Part shown: piece after piece, positions 1-14,544 of the stretch
How positions within the stretch are numbered: the stretch's first letter is position 1
Layout of the letters: every line of letters begins with the position of its first letter
NCBI GenBank assembly: GCA_001938485.1
Contig: MQRK01254997.1
Coordinates: forward strand, 1-64,000
Length of the DNA: 64,000 nt
From: Girardia tigrina
Taxonomy: Eukaryota
Reading direction: 5' to 3'
Made by a program: the position numbers and the translations under genes
The notes under the pieces: model-generated
Seen by the model: the letters and a program-made list of their open reading frames with translations, nothing else
What the model was told of the DNA's origin: nothing
Database searches by the model: none

Positions 1-79
1 TTTTTCCTCTTTTTTTAATTCTTCTAGATATTTATTCATCTTTTCCTTTAATAAAAGTTTTGGTGAGATACTCATTTTT

Positions 80-300
80 TTATTTATTTTTTAAGAATAT
101 TTTTTAAGAATATTTTTTAAGAATATTTTTTATTTATTTTTTTATTTATTTTTTTAAGAATATTTTTTATTTATTTTTTTTAAGAATATTTTTTAGTTAT
201 ATTTTTTAGTTATATTTTTTTTAAGAATATTTTTTAGTTATATTTATTTTAAGAATATTTTTTTAAGAATATTTATTTTAGTTATATTTTTTTCTTTTTT
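80..300. repeat. AT-rich low-complexity tandem repeat (unit ~TAAGAATATTTTT)
   Basis: Repeated taagaatattttt / ttagttatattttt units. Confidence 0.8.
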
Positions 301-371
301 TTAGGCTAAAATTTAGTAAAATTTAGTAAAATTAGTCATAGAAATAATAGTCATAAAAACAGTGATAATTA

Positions 372-700
372 GGTAGTAGTAATAGTAGCCTTCGAACGGG
401 TGCAAAATTTGGCCAAATCGGCCGAAAAATCNNNNNNNNCCTTGATTAAAATTTATTTTTTATCTAAAACCATAGTAAGAGGTATTAAAATGAATAATTT
501 ATGAAGTTTTTGTGTTTTTTAACGTGTGAATTTATCACATATTTTCACAGATAGGAAGTGAAAAAAACATTAAAAACGCTATTATTAGTGTCTTTTTCGG
601 GTTTTTTTATTACGGAATCGGTTTTGAAAATTGGATTTGGGGATTTTTCGGCCGATTTGGCCAAATTTGCGCCAGTTCGAAGGCTACTATTACTACTACT
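372..700. mobile_element. TIR element with (AGT)n termini, Polinton/Maverick-type ends (short derivative, or collapsed at the gap)
   Basis: 372-431 GGTAGTAGTAATAGTAGCCTTCGAAC..TTTGGCCAAATCGGCCGAAAAATC is an inverted repeat of ~642-700. N gap at 432-439. No clear 6-bp TSD. Confidence 0.5.
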
Positions 701-1039
701 CTTTTATAATGAATAAATAAACTGCAATCTTTTGAAAACCTTTTATCCAGAATTAATCCTTGAAGCCGAGTGTTGGTAGAATCGGAGAGTGTAAAGAAAA
801 CAAACGAGGAAACAATTTTAAAGAATTTATACGAAAAGAAAACATAAAATTTGGAGATAATAGCACGGAGGTTCATGGTTAAACAAGTTAATTACGACAA
901 TATTAATTCTTTTTGAAGCAAATCCGGATAGTAGCAGTTTTTTGCGTAATCACGATCAGGATATGGCTACCAAAGTATTTATTACCCTGCAGATGACACA
1001 TCAGGCAAATGATTCAAAATGTATGAAACGGAAATCAAA

Positions 1040-1750
1040 TCCCAATGCTGTAGAGTTAGTTACAGATATCAAGATGTCGAGTAATGTTTATGACAATCAA
1101 TAATTTAAACTCACAAAAACTATGAAAATGGAAAAATTCAATTACAAAAAAATGATCTAATAACTCAAAGAAAAGATAAATAAACTTCTGATGGAAAAAA
1201 GCAACCCCTCTGATCAAATGAACGGAATCCTTCAGATGTGTTTTAATTATAAATACGTTTAACATTTTACAAGAGAATGTTAAAAGAGATGCTATTTTAC
1301 TCTGAATGGCAACTATCCAAACATAAATTGCCGAAAAAAACTTTGGATATTTTGACGAGTTTCAAGTAGGTACAAAATACGAAATAGAAACAAACAACGA
1401 TCTTTGTGACTCAGAAAAAGAGATTAATGAGATCGAAATGTGGTGGATAACTTTAACAACAGTCTTCCATGCTTTAACGTAAAATGATAAAACAAAGAAA
1501 TATCGAAAAAAATTATCAAGGCTTATATCAAGGCTTTATAAAAAGAAGAATTATAGAATAAACATTATTAAGAACATCGGAAAAGTCACTGGTAAAGTAA
1601 AATTGGAAGTGAATATAGGACCAGTAAAACTAAAACACGTATTGAGAGTAATGAGATGATTATTTCAACATGTAACTATCGGAATTTGAAGTATAAAGAG
1701 CAATAACGTTTGTGAAAACCCGAATAAAAATGCAATTTTCTATAATAATA
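1040..1750 (+). mobile_element. Decayed LTR-retrotransposon gag/protease remnant
   Basis: ~1583-1720 translates KVTGKVKLEVNIGPVKLKHVLRVMR*LFQHVTIGI, resembling a retropepsin C-terminal half. Confidence 0.35.
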
Positions 1751-1888
1751 TTGAGGCTGACATTGTTGTACAGGATCATGACTTCAGCTAACGTCATTCA
1801 ACTTAAATGTAACAATCTTCTCAATTTTGAATAAATTAAAATAAAATTGGCAAGTTATTAAAATCAAAACTTGAAAGCCAATTAAAAA

Positions 1889-1929
1889 CGTTTATTAATT
1901 TCGACGGTTTAACCGTCATCGTCAGAACA
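1889..1929 (-). ncRNA. Minimal type I hammerhead ribozyme (PLE pLTR)
   Basis: Minus strand: GTT-CTGACGA-T-GACGGT-TAA-ACCGTC-GAAA-TTAA-TA-AAC. Intact core, 6-bp stem II, palindromic stem III. Confidence 0.85.
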
Positions 1930-2716
1930 AACGATTTTTCAAACGAAATTTACTTATATGCTGCAGTTAATGATTATGTAATCAATACGTAATCAGTACG
2001 TCATTTAAAAACTCTCAACAAAGTTGTAGAGAGTGCAGTTTGAAAGTTAATTTTAGGATCCAAAGATCTCTCTCCCAATAATTTTTAAATTGAGTGCACA
2101 GAATTTTAAAGTGTTGTGAATTTATATCTCCTTTACATTGTCTTCTGTGTCCTGCAATGTTACTACCACCTTCATTGCGACTGTGTTCCTGGATTCTCTT
2201 ACAGAGATGACGTGAAGTCTCTCCAATGTATGTCGGGTTACACCCATTACATGTATATTGGTAAATGAGATCCGAACACAATCCCAATGGCGTTGGAGAT
2301 TTATTGCCGAACATGCTTTCTTAGCCAATTTTAATAATAGAGAACTCAAATATTCGTCATCTTTCAATGGAGGTAATTTCCCGTTTTTTCTAAATTTTTT
2401 CTAAATTTTCTCATCTGTGTAAGAGAATCCAGGAACACAGTCGCAATGAAGGTGGAAGTAACATTGCAGGACATAGAAGACAATGTAAAGGAGATATAAA
2501 TTCACAACACTTTAAAATTCTGTGCACTCAATTTAAAAATTATTGGGAGAGAGTGACATGTGAAGAGTTATATATTAGATCTTTGGATCCTAAAATTAAC
2601 GTTCAAACTGCACTCTCTACAACTTTGTTGAGAGTTTTTAAATGACGTACTGATTACGTATTGATTGCATAATCCTCGACTGCACTATATAAGTAAATTT
2701 CGTTTGAAAAATCATT

Positions 2717-2757
2717 TGTTCTGACGATGACGGTTAAACCGTCGAAATTAATAAACG
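2717..2757 (+). ncRNA. Minimal type I hammerhead ribozyme (PLE pLTR)
   Basis: GTT(2718-20) CTGACGA T GACGGT TAA ACCGTC GAAA TTAA TA AAC(2754-56). Confidence 0.85.
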
Positions 2758-2836
2758 TTTTTAATTGGCTTTCAAGTTTTGACTTCTCAATTTTGTTAAT
2801 ATTATTCGCCGCAAGAACAGTTCTTTTTGCACAAAC

Positions 2837-2977
2837 NNNNNNNNNNNNNNNNNNNNNNNNNNNNNNNNNNNNNNNNNNNNNNNNNNNNNNNNNNNNNNNN
2901 NNNNNNNNNNNNNNNNNNNNNNNNNNNNNNNNNNNNNNNNNNNNNNNNNNNNNNNNNNNNNNNNNNNNNNNNNNNNN
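2837..2977. other. Assembly gap (others at 432-439, 13781-13879, 27106-27243)
   Basis: N runs. Confidence 1.
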
Positions 2978-3253
2978 ATGAATAATACTCTTGCTGAATT
3001 ATAGTTTAAACGAAGGGCTTATGATCTGGCCTTGTTTATAGACGACTCTTTTTAATCTTTAGCGTTTTTTTTGATTTTTTATCATTTAAGACTCATCTTG
3101 ACGTTTTGATTTGTGGGATTCATTGTCAATTCAGTATTGTTAGAATCCAAGAAGACGCTTAAATTGTTTTCTTTTGCAAAAAGCATATAATAATTGTTTC
3201 AAATATATAAACAAATTAATTTTTAATAAAAATTAAATAAAATGTTCTAATTA

Positions 3254-3600
3254 GGTGGCAAAATGTTAAATTAGACCGGAAAATGGTATAGTGTAACGTT
3301 TTGTTTTTTTCTGCCATTCCTGCGAACGACCTTAACAAATTATGCTAGTTCCTCTCAGCATTCAAATTATGTTGAAATGTTAATTGTACATGTGTTCTTT
3401 CAAAAGAACAACCAAATAATTTTTTTACAAATTGCGACGCCATTCAAAATTTATTTGCATATTTATTTACAAAATAATTATAAAGAAGATACAATTTTCT
3501 TTATCTCAGCCACAGCGCATTATTTGAGTTAAAAACCATACGTAAAACATTACACTCTTCAATTAAGTAGCATGATGAAATTCATAAAAGTAAACTTTAC
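3254..3600 (-). mobile_element. Possible Merlin (IS1016-like) transposon 3' remnant
   Basis: Minus-strand fragments NSNNALWLR and NKFEWRRN resemble GxHTNxIExxW and YLxEFxWR motifs. Possible GG-starting terminus at 3254. Confidence 0.3.
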
Positions 3601-4379
3601 TTATTTCACCGGAATTTAATCAAATAAACTTCCAGATGAAAGGATTGATTAAAACTTTTGTACCAAATTTTATAAATAATCTATATTCATATTAGTGAAT
3701 CTTAAATTAAAATGAAATTTTTAAGACATTCTTTGTGTACATGGTTGATATTGTATCTTTAACACAAAAGCGCATCAAAGGAAGTATATAAATGCAGCAG
3801 TCGTTGATTTATATCTTTCACTATTCATCCATAAATTTCCTTTGAATTAACCGAGAATCGATCAACTTTCCGCCAATATATTATATAAAAATATATATTA
3901 ACTGAGCGCCAGATTCTATAAACGTTTATTTTTATAATCAAATTTAAAACTTTGACAGTTGATATAAATTAATATGTAGAAATAATCTAATTTAAAACGT
4001 CTTTCAGACGGTTAATAAACGAATTTAATGTTCAACTTTTCTTTAAATAAAAAAATGATTTTAGACAGCAGGAAAAAATATTTAGCCTAAAAAATAAACG
4101 TTTTAATATTATCAACACAATTATTGGAGTGAATACATTTATGAACAACACAAAAAGAATCGTCAATACAACAATTCTCAGTAGTTCCGTCCGAATTTTT
4201 CAATTTTATTTACTACTATCTTAAGATATAATTAATAACTTAATCATAATTTATAAATAAACTAACTAAAGTAAACTATAAATAATAATGGTTAAAGAAG
4301 ACTTAATAAAACTCTCTATTTAAAATTTACAATTTAGATAAATTAAAATATGACATTAAATATGATATATTTAAATATT

Positions 4380-5520
4380 ATTGATAAAACGAAATCCGGA
4401 TGATAATTTTGAAATTATCAAAATTAACATCTCATTTACATTTTTTCCTATGTTCTGCAATATTACTCTTACTCTTTTTTCGACCATGTTCTTGAATTCG
4501 TTTACAGAGATGACGTGCAGTCTCTCCAATGTACGTGGCATCGCACCCATTACATTTATATTCATAAACAATATCAGAACAAAGTGTTAAAGGTGTAATA
4601 GATTTATTACTGAACATATTTTGAATTTTATGAGACCGTGATATAATTTTTAAATTTAATTCATTGTTAGTTGCATTTAACAATGCATTTTTAAAGTTTT
4701 TAAATCCTTCAGAATAAGGTACAATTAAACAATATTTAGGCATATTATTAATTTTGATATATTAACAACATCATATGAGTTTTACAACATTTATTAATAT
4801 CACAAGCGCATTCACTATTTGATATCTCTCTTGATCAATATATTTCTGAGGTCATACTAATTATTTTCAATAAATGAAAATCTGTTAATAAAAATTATTA
4901 ATTATAAATAATCTAATTGGTTAAAGTTAAATCTAAACATTTTTTCTAAAAAAAGAACATATTAAATTAATATATTAAAATTTTAAATTACATTAAAAAT
5001 AAATAATACATTCAAAAATTATTTTAAATCTTTTTACTTTAAAATTAAAATATTTTTAATTGGTAAGAATCAAGAAAATATCAATCATCCATATATGTAG
5101 GAGAGGCACAATCCGAATCAACATACAACATGCACAATATCATCACACAATTCAAAACATTCCTCACAATTAATATCTAATGATCCTTCGATTTCTTTCT
5201 TCGATCCATCAGGAGAAGCCAAAATCTTATTTTTCGAAAAATCTTTCAAAAGTATTTTATCTACTGTTTCCTTTATTAATTTTTATAGAAAAGATTTAGA
5301 TTAACCATTCTTATTTAACAAAGAACTTAGTTTATTAATACTTTCTACAAATTTAACAAAAGTGGAAGACAACGACCAGAATTTTTGATTAGCATGATTT
5401 CTAGCAATCGATTACATAATCATTATTTTTGTATTTATATACAGGTGAATTGATTATTAATTAGTGACCTGAAGATGACGGTAGATCCGTCGAAATATAT
5501 TGTCTTGAAATATATTTTTT
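4380..5520 (-). mobile_element. Decayed Penelope-like element (RT remnant + GIY-YIG) with inverted pLTR at its 5' end
   Basis: ORF 4432-4743: IVYEYKCNGCDATYIGETARHLCKRIQEH. RT-like remnant at ~5090-5310 (KETVDKIL...). Plus-strand hammerhead at 5466-5504. Confidence 0.8.
5466..5504 (+). ncRNA. Minimal type I hammerhead ribozyme (PLE pLTR)
   Basis: GAC-CTGAAGA-T-GACGG-TAGAT-CCGTC-GAAA-TATA-TT-GTC. Confidence 0.85.
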
Positions 5521-5897
5521 AATGGATGAATGTTGTTATTTAAATATTGTTTGAATAATCGAAAAAAGCGAGTATTTAATTTTGGATTGTAATAAATAAT
5601 TTCTAGAAATATTTGCGTTATTCCTAACAGATATATTTTTCATTCTCATAATTTGAATTGACTTAGTCCGAATTATTTAATAATTAAATTTAATTATCAA
5701 TTTTAATATTAATTAGAATTATATTAACTTAATAATATCACTTATTTGAAATTATTAATTATTTAAATTTACTTTTACAAAATTTCAAAGCTTACATTTA
5801 TTTCATTTATTGATAATTTAAAATCAAAAAAAGTCACTTTCAAATAATAAGAACTAAAAAGTATTAATCAGCCATACATAACATAAAATGCTTATCA

Positions 5898-6810
5898 TTA
5901 AAAAACATATTTCTCAAACAATTTCAAAAAAAAGAAAAATTGAATCTTCATATTGACTAATACACGTTGTTGTTGGAGTTTTTGATTCCTTGTGACAATT
6001 TCCTGACAGTATTTCTCTGTCGTAATTGTTTCTCCCGGATTTAGGAAGCTATGATGAACAACACCGGCTGCAGACGACCAAATAGTCCCCATCAACTTTT
6101 TTTTGGTAAAATGTCTGCCTCGGAAAGGCATGCGGAGCTTAATCGTGGTCCAACAATTGAGTAGAACGTCTCCAATTTGTCGTAGAGAATCTATTTTTCA
6201 TCACACATTAAAATTCGGTCCAGAAACGGATCATTCTTGTTCCACAGAAGAAGTGAAGGGAAGCCTTAAAACGACGCATTTTTTGATTGTCATGTAATTC
6301 GTATGGAATCTATTTATCCAATTTTTTCGACTTCCCAATGTCCCACAGATGGTTTGAATTTGTTCCTATAGTTCCACCGAGTTTCTCCGCCAGCTCTCGA
6401 ACTGTCGTGTGTGGATTTCCTTCTACTAGAGCCTTCAAATTTTCTTTTTCAATAGCAGGTTTCAGTCCACGGCCATCTCATCTCCTTGAAATTTTTTGAA
6501 CCAACATTGTAACATAAGTTCGTTTGATGTTCTATTTCCCAATGCACCGTTAATTTTACGGACGGCCTCCGATGCTTTGTGGCCAAGTTTGAATTAATAC
6601 AAAAAATTACTCGTAATTGCGCTTTTTGCATACTGACAAGTATTTAAATACACAGGTTATTTTAAAGTTAATATTTAAACAAAGTATCATAGAAATATAG
6701 AGTTTTTCATAAGCTATGTATAAAAAATAAATAAAGGATAAAAATTTATTTCAAAACATAATGAAAAATTAGGACCATTCTAAAAACATTATTTTTTAAA
6801 CAACCTAATA
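5898..6810 (-). mobile_element. Mariner element, decayed and 3'-truncated
   Basis: TIWSSAAGVVHHSFLNPGETITTEKYCQEI; HTH-like N-terminus at 6449-6631; TIR-like TATTAGGTTG near 6800. Confidence 0.85.
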
Positions 6811-6999
6811 AAATATTTATTAAAAAAAAGTCATAAATATTCTTGAATTTATTTTGCGCTCATTTAAGGAAAAACATTTTTTGTAAAATATAAGTAACAA
6901 CATTTTAAAACTTAAAATTAGTACGTTTATATTAAGAGGCTCAAATCCATTTCAGTAGCAGGGAATTAATGTAGAATTTGATGCTAGAAATCAATTTAA

Positions 7000-8640
<1,641 letters not shown>

Positions 8641-8730
8641 CCTTACTTAAAATTAAACTAAGTAAAAATTTAAATTAAATATTAAATAAGTAAATTAAAT
8701 AAATAATTAATCAATATATATATATATATA

Positions 8731-8847
8731 CAGGGGTGGCCATAAGTCGCTTTACCCAGTTTTAATAATAATAAGCACAAAATTCTAAATGATACAACTT
8801 TTATTTTAATTATTAAAACTGGGTAAAGCGACTTATGGCCACCCCTG
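8731..8847. mobile_element. 117-bp Tc1/mariner MITE
   Basis: Perfect 39-bp TIRs CAGGGGTGGCCATAAGTCGCTTTACCCAGTTTTAATAAT, flanked by TA, next to a (TA)n tract. Confidence 0.92.
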
Positions 8848-10367
8848 TATATATGAATTTATTGAAATCAAATAATTGTCAATTCAAATCATTGTTAAAC
8901 GGTTCTTTTGTTGATTAATAAATAAAACAGTTATTACATGAATCAGAAACAATAAATTGATTGTGTATATTTCTTTCGATTTGTATAATGAAATTTAATG
9001 TATGAAATGTAAATGAATTATTTTTGAGTGTGTGAGAAGTGGTTGCAACCTCAATATCAGGATTCATTTTTTTAACACCAAAATTTATTTATTTAACAAT
9101 TCACATATTTAAAACAAATTTTCCTGTTAATTTAATTATCTCAACCCAAATTAATCTATTAAATTCTTTTCGATTTAATTTTTAAAATGCTGAAAATTTA
9201 TTTCGAAAATTTATTTCAAAAATTATTTAAACTTTATTTTCAAAATTTATTTCAAAGTTTATTTAAAATTGCTTATTAAAAATATTTTTATTTATAAATA
9301 AATATTTAATATTTTTGTTTTCTTGACATTTTTAATTTTAAGATATTTAATAGATACATTAAAATATAGTTTTTATTTTTAAATAGATATTTTATTTTTT
9401 TATGATTTTCTTTTATTATATCATTTTTAATTTTAAAATATTGAATAAGCATATTAACATAAAAATATTTTACCCTTTAAATTAAAAAATAATAAACTAT
9501 TCAGGCGAGATAAAAATTTAAATTAACCCCTCATAGTTCCCTTGACCTGTGGACGGTTGAGACCGGTCCTTTTTTGAGAAAGAAACTGAACTTTAATATG
9601 AAATTGAATAAACGCAAAACGAAGAAATATATCTCATCTTCATTTGAGATACAACATAGGCTAATAAGCAACTTAAAAAATATTGGCGGTCCGATTTGCG
9701 TCCGGCTCATGGAATTTTCCCTTGTAAGTGTTACATGAGTGGAAGGAAAAACTTTCTTACATCAAACTTTTATGTTCGACACAAAATTATTCAATTCCTG
9801 ATCTGAATGATGACTTATGATGAAAAGTGAATCACCTGGGATAATGTTAAGTGAAAACAATCGTGGATAGAATGCGAACAGCATGAGCAAACTGTGACCA
9901 AAGCAGGATTAACGGTCATGCAGGATTTGTTGTGAGTTTGGCGGTTTTAATTCATGCATTATATAGTTCGAACCTAGCAAGCATTTATTCATATATTCAT
10001 GACAAATGATTCTAATGGTATAAAATTCGGCTAAAGAGAAACTTTGAAAATCGACTTTTCAAATGTTTTTGTCAAAAGAGACAGGGTTTTTTATTAAAGA
10101 TATAAAATAATTACCATCAAAATAACATAAATCTGATCATTATTATCAAAAATTACGGATTTACTTTTACTATACCAAATGTTATTTGCTAGAATTTTGA
10201 TTAATAGGGATATAAATTTTAATTTAGCCATTGATGTTAATTTAAAATCAAATTTATTTCAAATGAAAAATAGTTCATTAGATTTCGATGAGACTCTTCA
10301 GAGAAGGACATGATAAAAATGATAAAAAGAGAAAAATAATCAATTTATATAAGTAATAAATATTATT

Positions 10368-10406
<39 letters not shown>

Positions 10407-11558
10407 TTTTCAAATAAACGTAAAACCAAATCTACTATAATGTAAATGAATGTCATACGGTATAATAGTGTTGGGTTTTATTGAAAATTATCTTTGTTTT
10501 CAAATATTCACTCCTAAACTCAAATCTTAAATCTTTATCTTTAATCGTAAATCTCTATTCTTTATTCCTTAATCAATAATCTTTAATCAATAATTCTTAA
10601 TCAATAATCTTTAATCTTTGATCTGACTCCAGTTATTCAGAAAGGACTTCCAACATAAATATATAAATAATGAAAACAAATTCTTTTATCAAACTTTATT
10701 TCAAAAAACAAATATCAACAAGTCACAAATAATAATAATAATTCAATTTTTGATGACAGAATACAAACACAAAACAATATTTCGTACGAGTTAACATATG
10801 ACAGTAAAACTGTGAATCTCCAAAGTCGAACGATGATTTGATTTTAACTCAAAGATTTTAAGTTAAACCTTTTTCTCCCATACGGAGTACTTATGGTTTA
10901 ACAATATTTTTTAAAAGAATAAAATGAAAAAATAAAAATAAGTTTTTTCGTTACTTGTTAACACGACTCCTCTTAGTTAGATTTCTTGCAAGTATTTTTG
11001 GGCAAATTAAAACTAGATTTGATGTTGTTTATATAGTAATTTTCCTCAGCCTTGAAAATTGATGAGATAAAACAAAGATTAAAATATTTAAAATTTTGAT
11101 GAAGTAAAACAAACATTTATAATTTTTAATTCCAAGTTTTATTAAAGTAAATATTATTTGTTTGAAGTTAATAATTTTACTAAATTTTAAATTTTTTCTT
11201 ATATGAAATTTTATCAAGAAGTGTTCATATGATTTTTCCAAAACCCTAACAATAGTCAATTAATTTTTCATGAATTTCGTTATTTTATCTTTTTTTCGTT
11301 ATGTTATCTTTTTGCTAAAGATTTGCCATAGAAATCTAATAATATATTTATTTTTAATAATTATAGTTTAGATTTTAATATTTTCTTAATATAAGTTATT
11401 TTTTCTTTGAAATTTAGTCTAAAAAATTATATTTCATTTTTTAATAAAAAGTTTAAATTAAAAATAAATAATATTATATTATTTTAAAAAATGTATAAAA
11501 CTTAATGAAATAAGAATTGAATTTTAATAAATTTCAAAATTTATTATAATTTCATATA

Positions 11559-13203
11559 CAGTGCGCGCCAATTTATTAGTTCCACCTACATTTTTTTTAC
11601 ATTTTTGGGCCTACTCTTTGCAAATAATGAGACAGTGCCAAACAAATTAATATATAATATATTTAATTGATAACATAATTACAGACATAAGAAATAAAAG
11701 CATACAAATAACATTATAGAAAAAAAACAAATAGTTCATTTTTTGTAATTTAGAAAATTAGTATTTTGTTGGGCCTCCTTTTGCTTTGATAACTGCTTCG
11801 ACTCTATTGGGCATTGAATTGGCCAAATAAATCAAGGTTTGTTGAACTGATGCGTCATGGTTCCAAAAATGTAAAATTCTTTTAATTAATTCTTGTTTTG
11901 ATGTTATCGTCTCCTCCTTACGCTTTCTTTTGATGATACCCCAAAGATTTTCGATGGAGGACTATTCCCTGCCCATGGAAGCAACTGAATATTGTTGTCT
12001 TCAATGAATTTGGCAACAATATTATCTGTGTGGCATGGTGCTTTGTCCAAAAGTAGGAAACCACCATTGTAAGGGTACCAGTCACACATTTGGGGCACCA
12101 GAGGGTTCTTCAAAATGTCAACATACTTGGTGGCATTCATCATTCCCTCACAAATATGAAGACGACCTGTCCCATTTGTACTAAAGCAGCTCCACTCCAT
12201 CACCTTGGTTGGATGGCATTGAACTTGATGTACTGGAGCAGGTTAATTGGGTAGTTTCCACACTGTATAGCCACCAGAAGTCCCACACTCGAAAATTGAT
12301 TTATCTGTGAAAACAACCTGTTATGAAAGAAATATTAAAATGATGTGCATACACAAAAAATCCCACAAATATGATGTATTTAATGAATAAAAAATAATTT
12401 TAACCTTTTCCCAATCCTCTGCTGTCCAGTGTCTGTGACTTCTTGTCCATTCCAATCTTTGTTTCTTCATCCTGGCAGTCAACACAGGTACCCGTCTCGC
12501 TTTGACTGACTTGCAGCCGAATTCTTTCTATCTGCGTTGAATTGTCTTCAAAGATAATCTTGTTCGGGCTGCCTGTAGAGCTGATTTGACATCTTTTGCC
12601 TTCATAGTTGGGTTTTTGATATCACCCGCATCATAGCTCTCTTATCAGCATTGGTAGTCAACTTCTTCTTTCCACAGTGACCAATTCTATGGGACTGGAT
12701 AGGGGCATTTTTGCAACGCTGCACTGTTGTATGGCTTACACCAACTAAAGCTGTAATTTCTCGAATACTTTGCTTGCATCCATCACGTAGAATCTTAATT
12801 TGAGCTTTCTTATTGCTGTTAATATCTCCCTTTCTTCCCATTATTGATGAATTTAGTCAGTGTGACCTTGAATCAATGAATAATGATTTTTTTTCCATTA
12901 AGTTGGTTTATATGATAGCTAAATGCCTTTTCATTGGTCATTTCAATAACTTATTAACACTTTATTATACATAAAAAATCACATTTTCGTGTCATGTACA
13001 CATACATGAATGCTATATAGTCTACAAACATACTCACATACATGTATGTATGTACATGAGAAAATGCATTATTTTACCAAACTAATGCCAAACCACTTAA
13101 CATACACAATATTAGTCATCAAGCCCATATAAGCACACCATACACAAATGATAATGATTTTTACAAAAAATAGGCAGTGGAACTAATAAATTGGCGCGAA
13201 CTG
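11559..13203 (-). mobile_element. Full-length Tc1-family element (1645 bp)
   Basis: TIRs CAGTGCGCGCCAATTTATTAGTTCCAC / GTGGAACTAATAAATTGGCGCGAACTG with TA TSD. Confidence 0.95.
11758..12841 (-). pseudogene. Tc1 transposase pseudogene with an 87-nt GT-AG intron (12318-12404)
   Basis: MGRKGD.. HTH; WTAEDWEK|VVFTDKS; DKAPCH; WAGNSP..PIENLW; GGPTKY*. Stops and frameshifts present. Confidence 0.9.
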
Positions 13204-13743
13204 TAATTACTAAATTACTGTCATGTAATGTTTCAATTTAATTAAATAAATCAATTTTAATAATCATATATGATAAAAAAATAATTTTAGAAATACAACG
13301 GAAAATGATAATATTTTAGTTAAATTTATTTTTATATTAAATAATTTTATATTGTCATTCTTTAATGATTGTTTCACTCATTTGTCCATCCTTGTGGAAT
13401 TTTAATTATTCCTTTCTACTGCCGATCTCAATCTTGATTAACCATGACTTTCAATAAAAATAAATTCTAATATAATTAATGTAATTGAAAATATGTTAAT
13501 TAGAAATTGAGTAATAATTTAAATAATTGAAACAGGAAAAACTAAAACAATTATTCGCTTGGAAAGTCATCTAAAACGAATGATAGGTTATAAATATATA
13601 TTTAAAAAACAATTTTGTTAAACCTTTTTTAATAAATTAATTATTATACATGTTTTGAAACTTAATTTTCTATCTTGTAATTTAAAAGATAATAAAATGT
13701 TAATTAATGCGTTAATTAATTTGTTTCTATTAACAAAATACAA

Positions 13744-13780
<37 letters not shown>

Positions 13781-14544
13781 NNNNNNNNNNNNNNNNNNNN
13801 NNNNNNNNNNNNNNNNNNNNNNNNNNNNNNNNNNNNNNNNNNNNNNNNNNNNNNNNNNNNNNNNNNNNNNNNNNNNNNNATATATATATATATATATTGA
13901 TCAGTGTTTGTAGATCACACCATAATTTCTATTCAGACCGTCGAGTATCTCTTTTGAAGGGGCTGACCTCTGGTATGTCAGGCCGAAGAGTTTCTGAGTT
14001 TTATTTTGATTAGTTATTGACTCGTTGAACAGAACAATTAAGGTACTTTCTGTGTAAAAATATGTCCACTGAGGTAGTTTCGACAATATTCTTACAGCTC
14101 CATGGATGGGGACACAATTCCAATATTCTCGACAGATGATATTGTTAGTTTTTCTCGATCATTTACTGCGTTATTTGGCAGTAAACTTAAGTCACTTTGA
14201 TGGAAGTTTTTGATTTCTTTCAATTTAAAAAAATCAAAAAGTCGGTTATTTAGAGTTTAACACTTGATATTTTAGTACTACTAAGTTTATTTATTGTGAT
14301 CTTAACCGCTTTTATTATTATTTTTATTTTGTTTATTATGTATATATTTTTGTATGAATTTGTGAATGTTTGAAAAGAGTTTATTTGAGTTTAATGAAAA
14401 AGAAGTTGTGTTGAAGAAAATAAAAGAGGGTTGTGTGTTTTTGTAAAGAACAAGAAATTTAAATTAGTTATTGTTTAAAAAAGTAAGTCATGAAAAAAAT
14501 AAAATAATTATTAAAAAATATTCATAAATTGAACAATAAATTAG

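Larger units (their letters stand above)
1830..2782 (-). mobile_element. Penelope-like element insertion: GIY-YIG 3' end plus an inverted second copy (inverted pLTR), 13-bp TSD
   Basis: ORF 2015-2314: LIYQYTCNGCNPTYIGETSRHLCKRIQEH (GIY-YIG). 1864-2210 and 2411-2782 are inverted copies. Direct repeat CTTCTCAATTTTG at 1817-1829 and 2783-2795. Confidence 0.9.
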
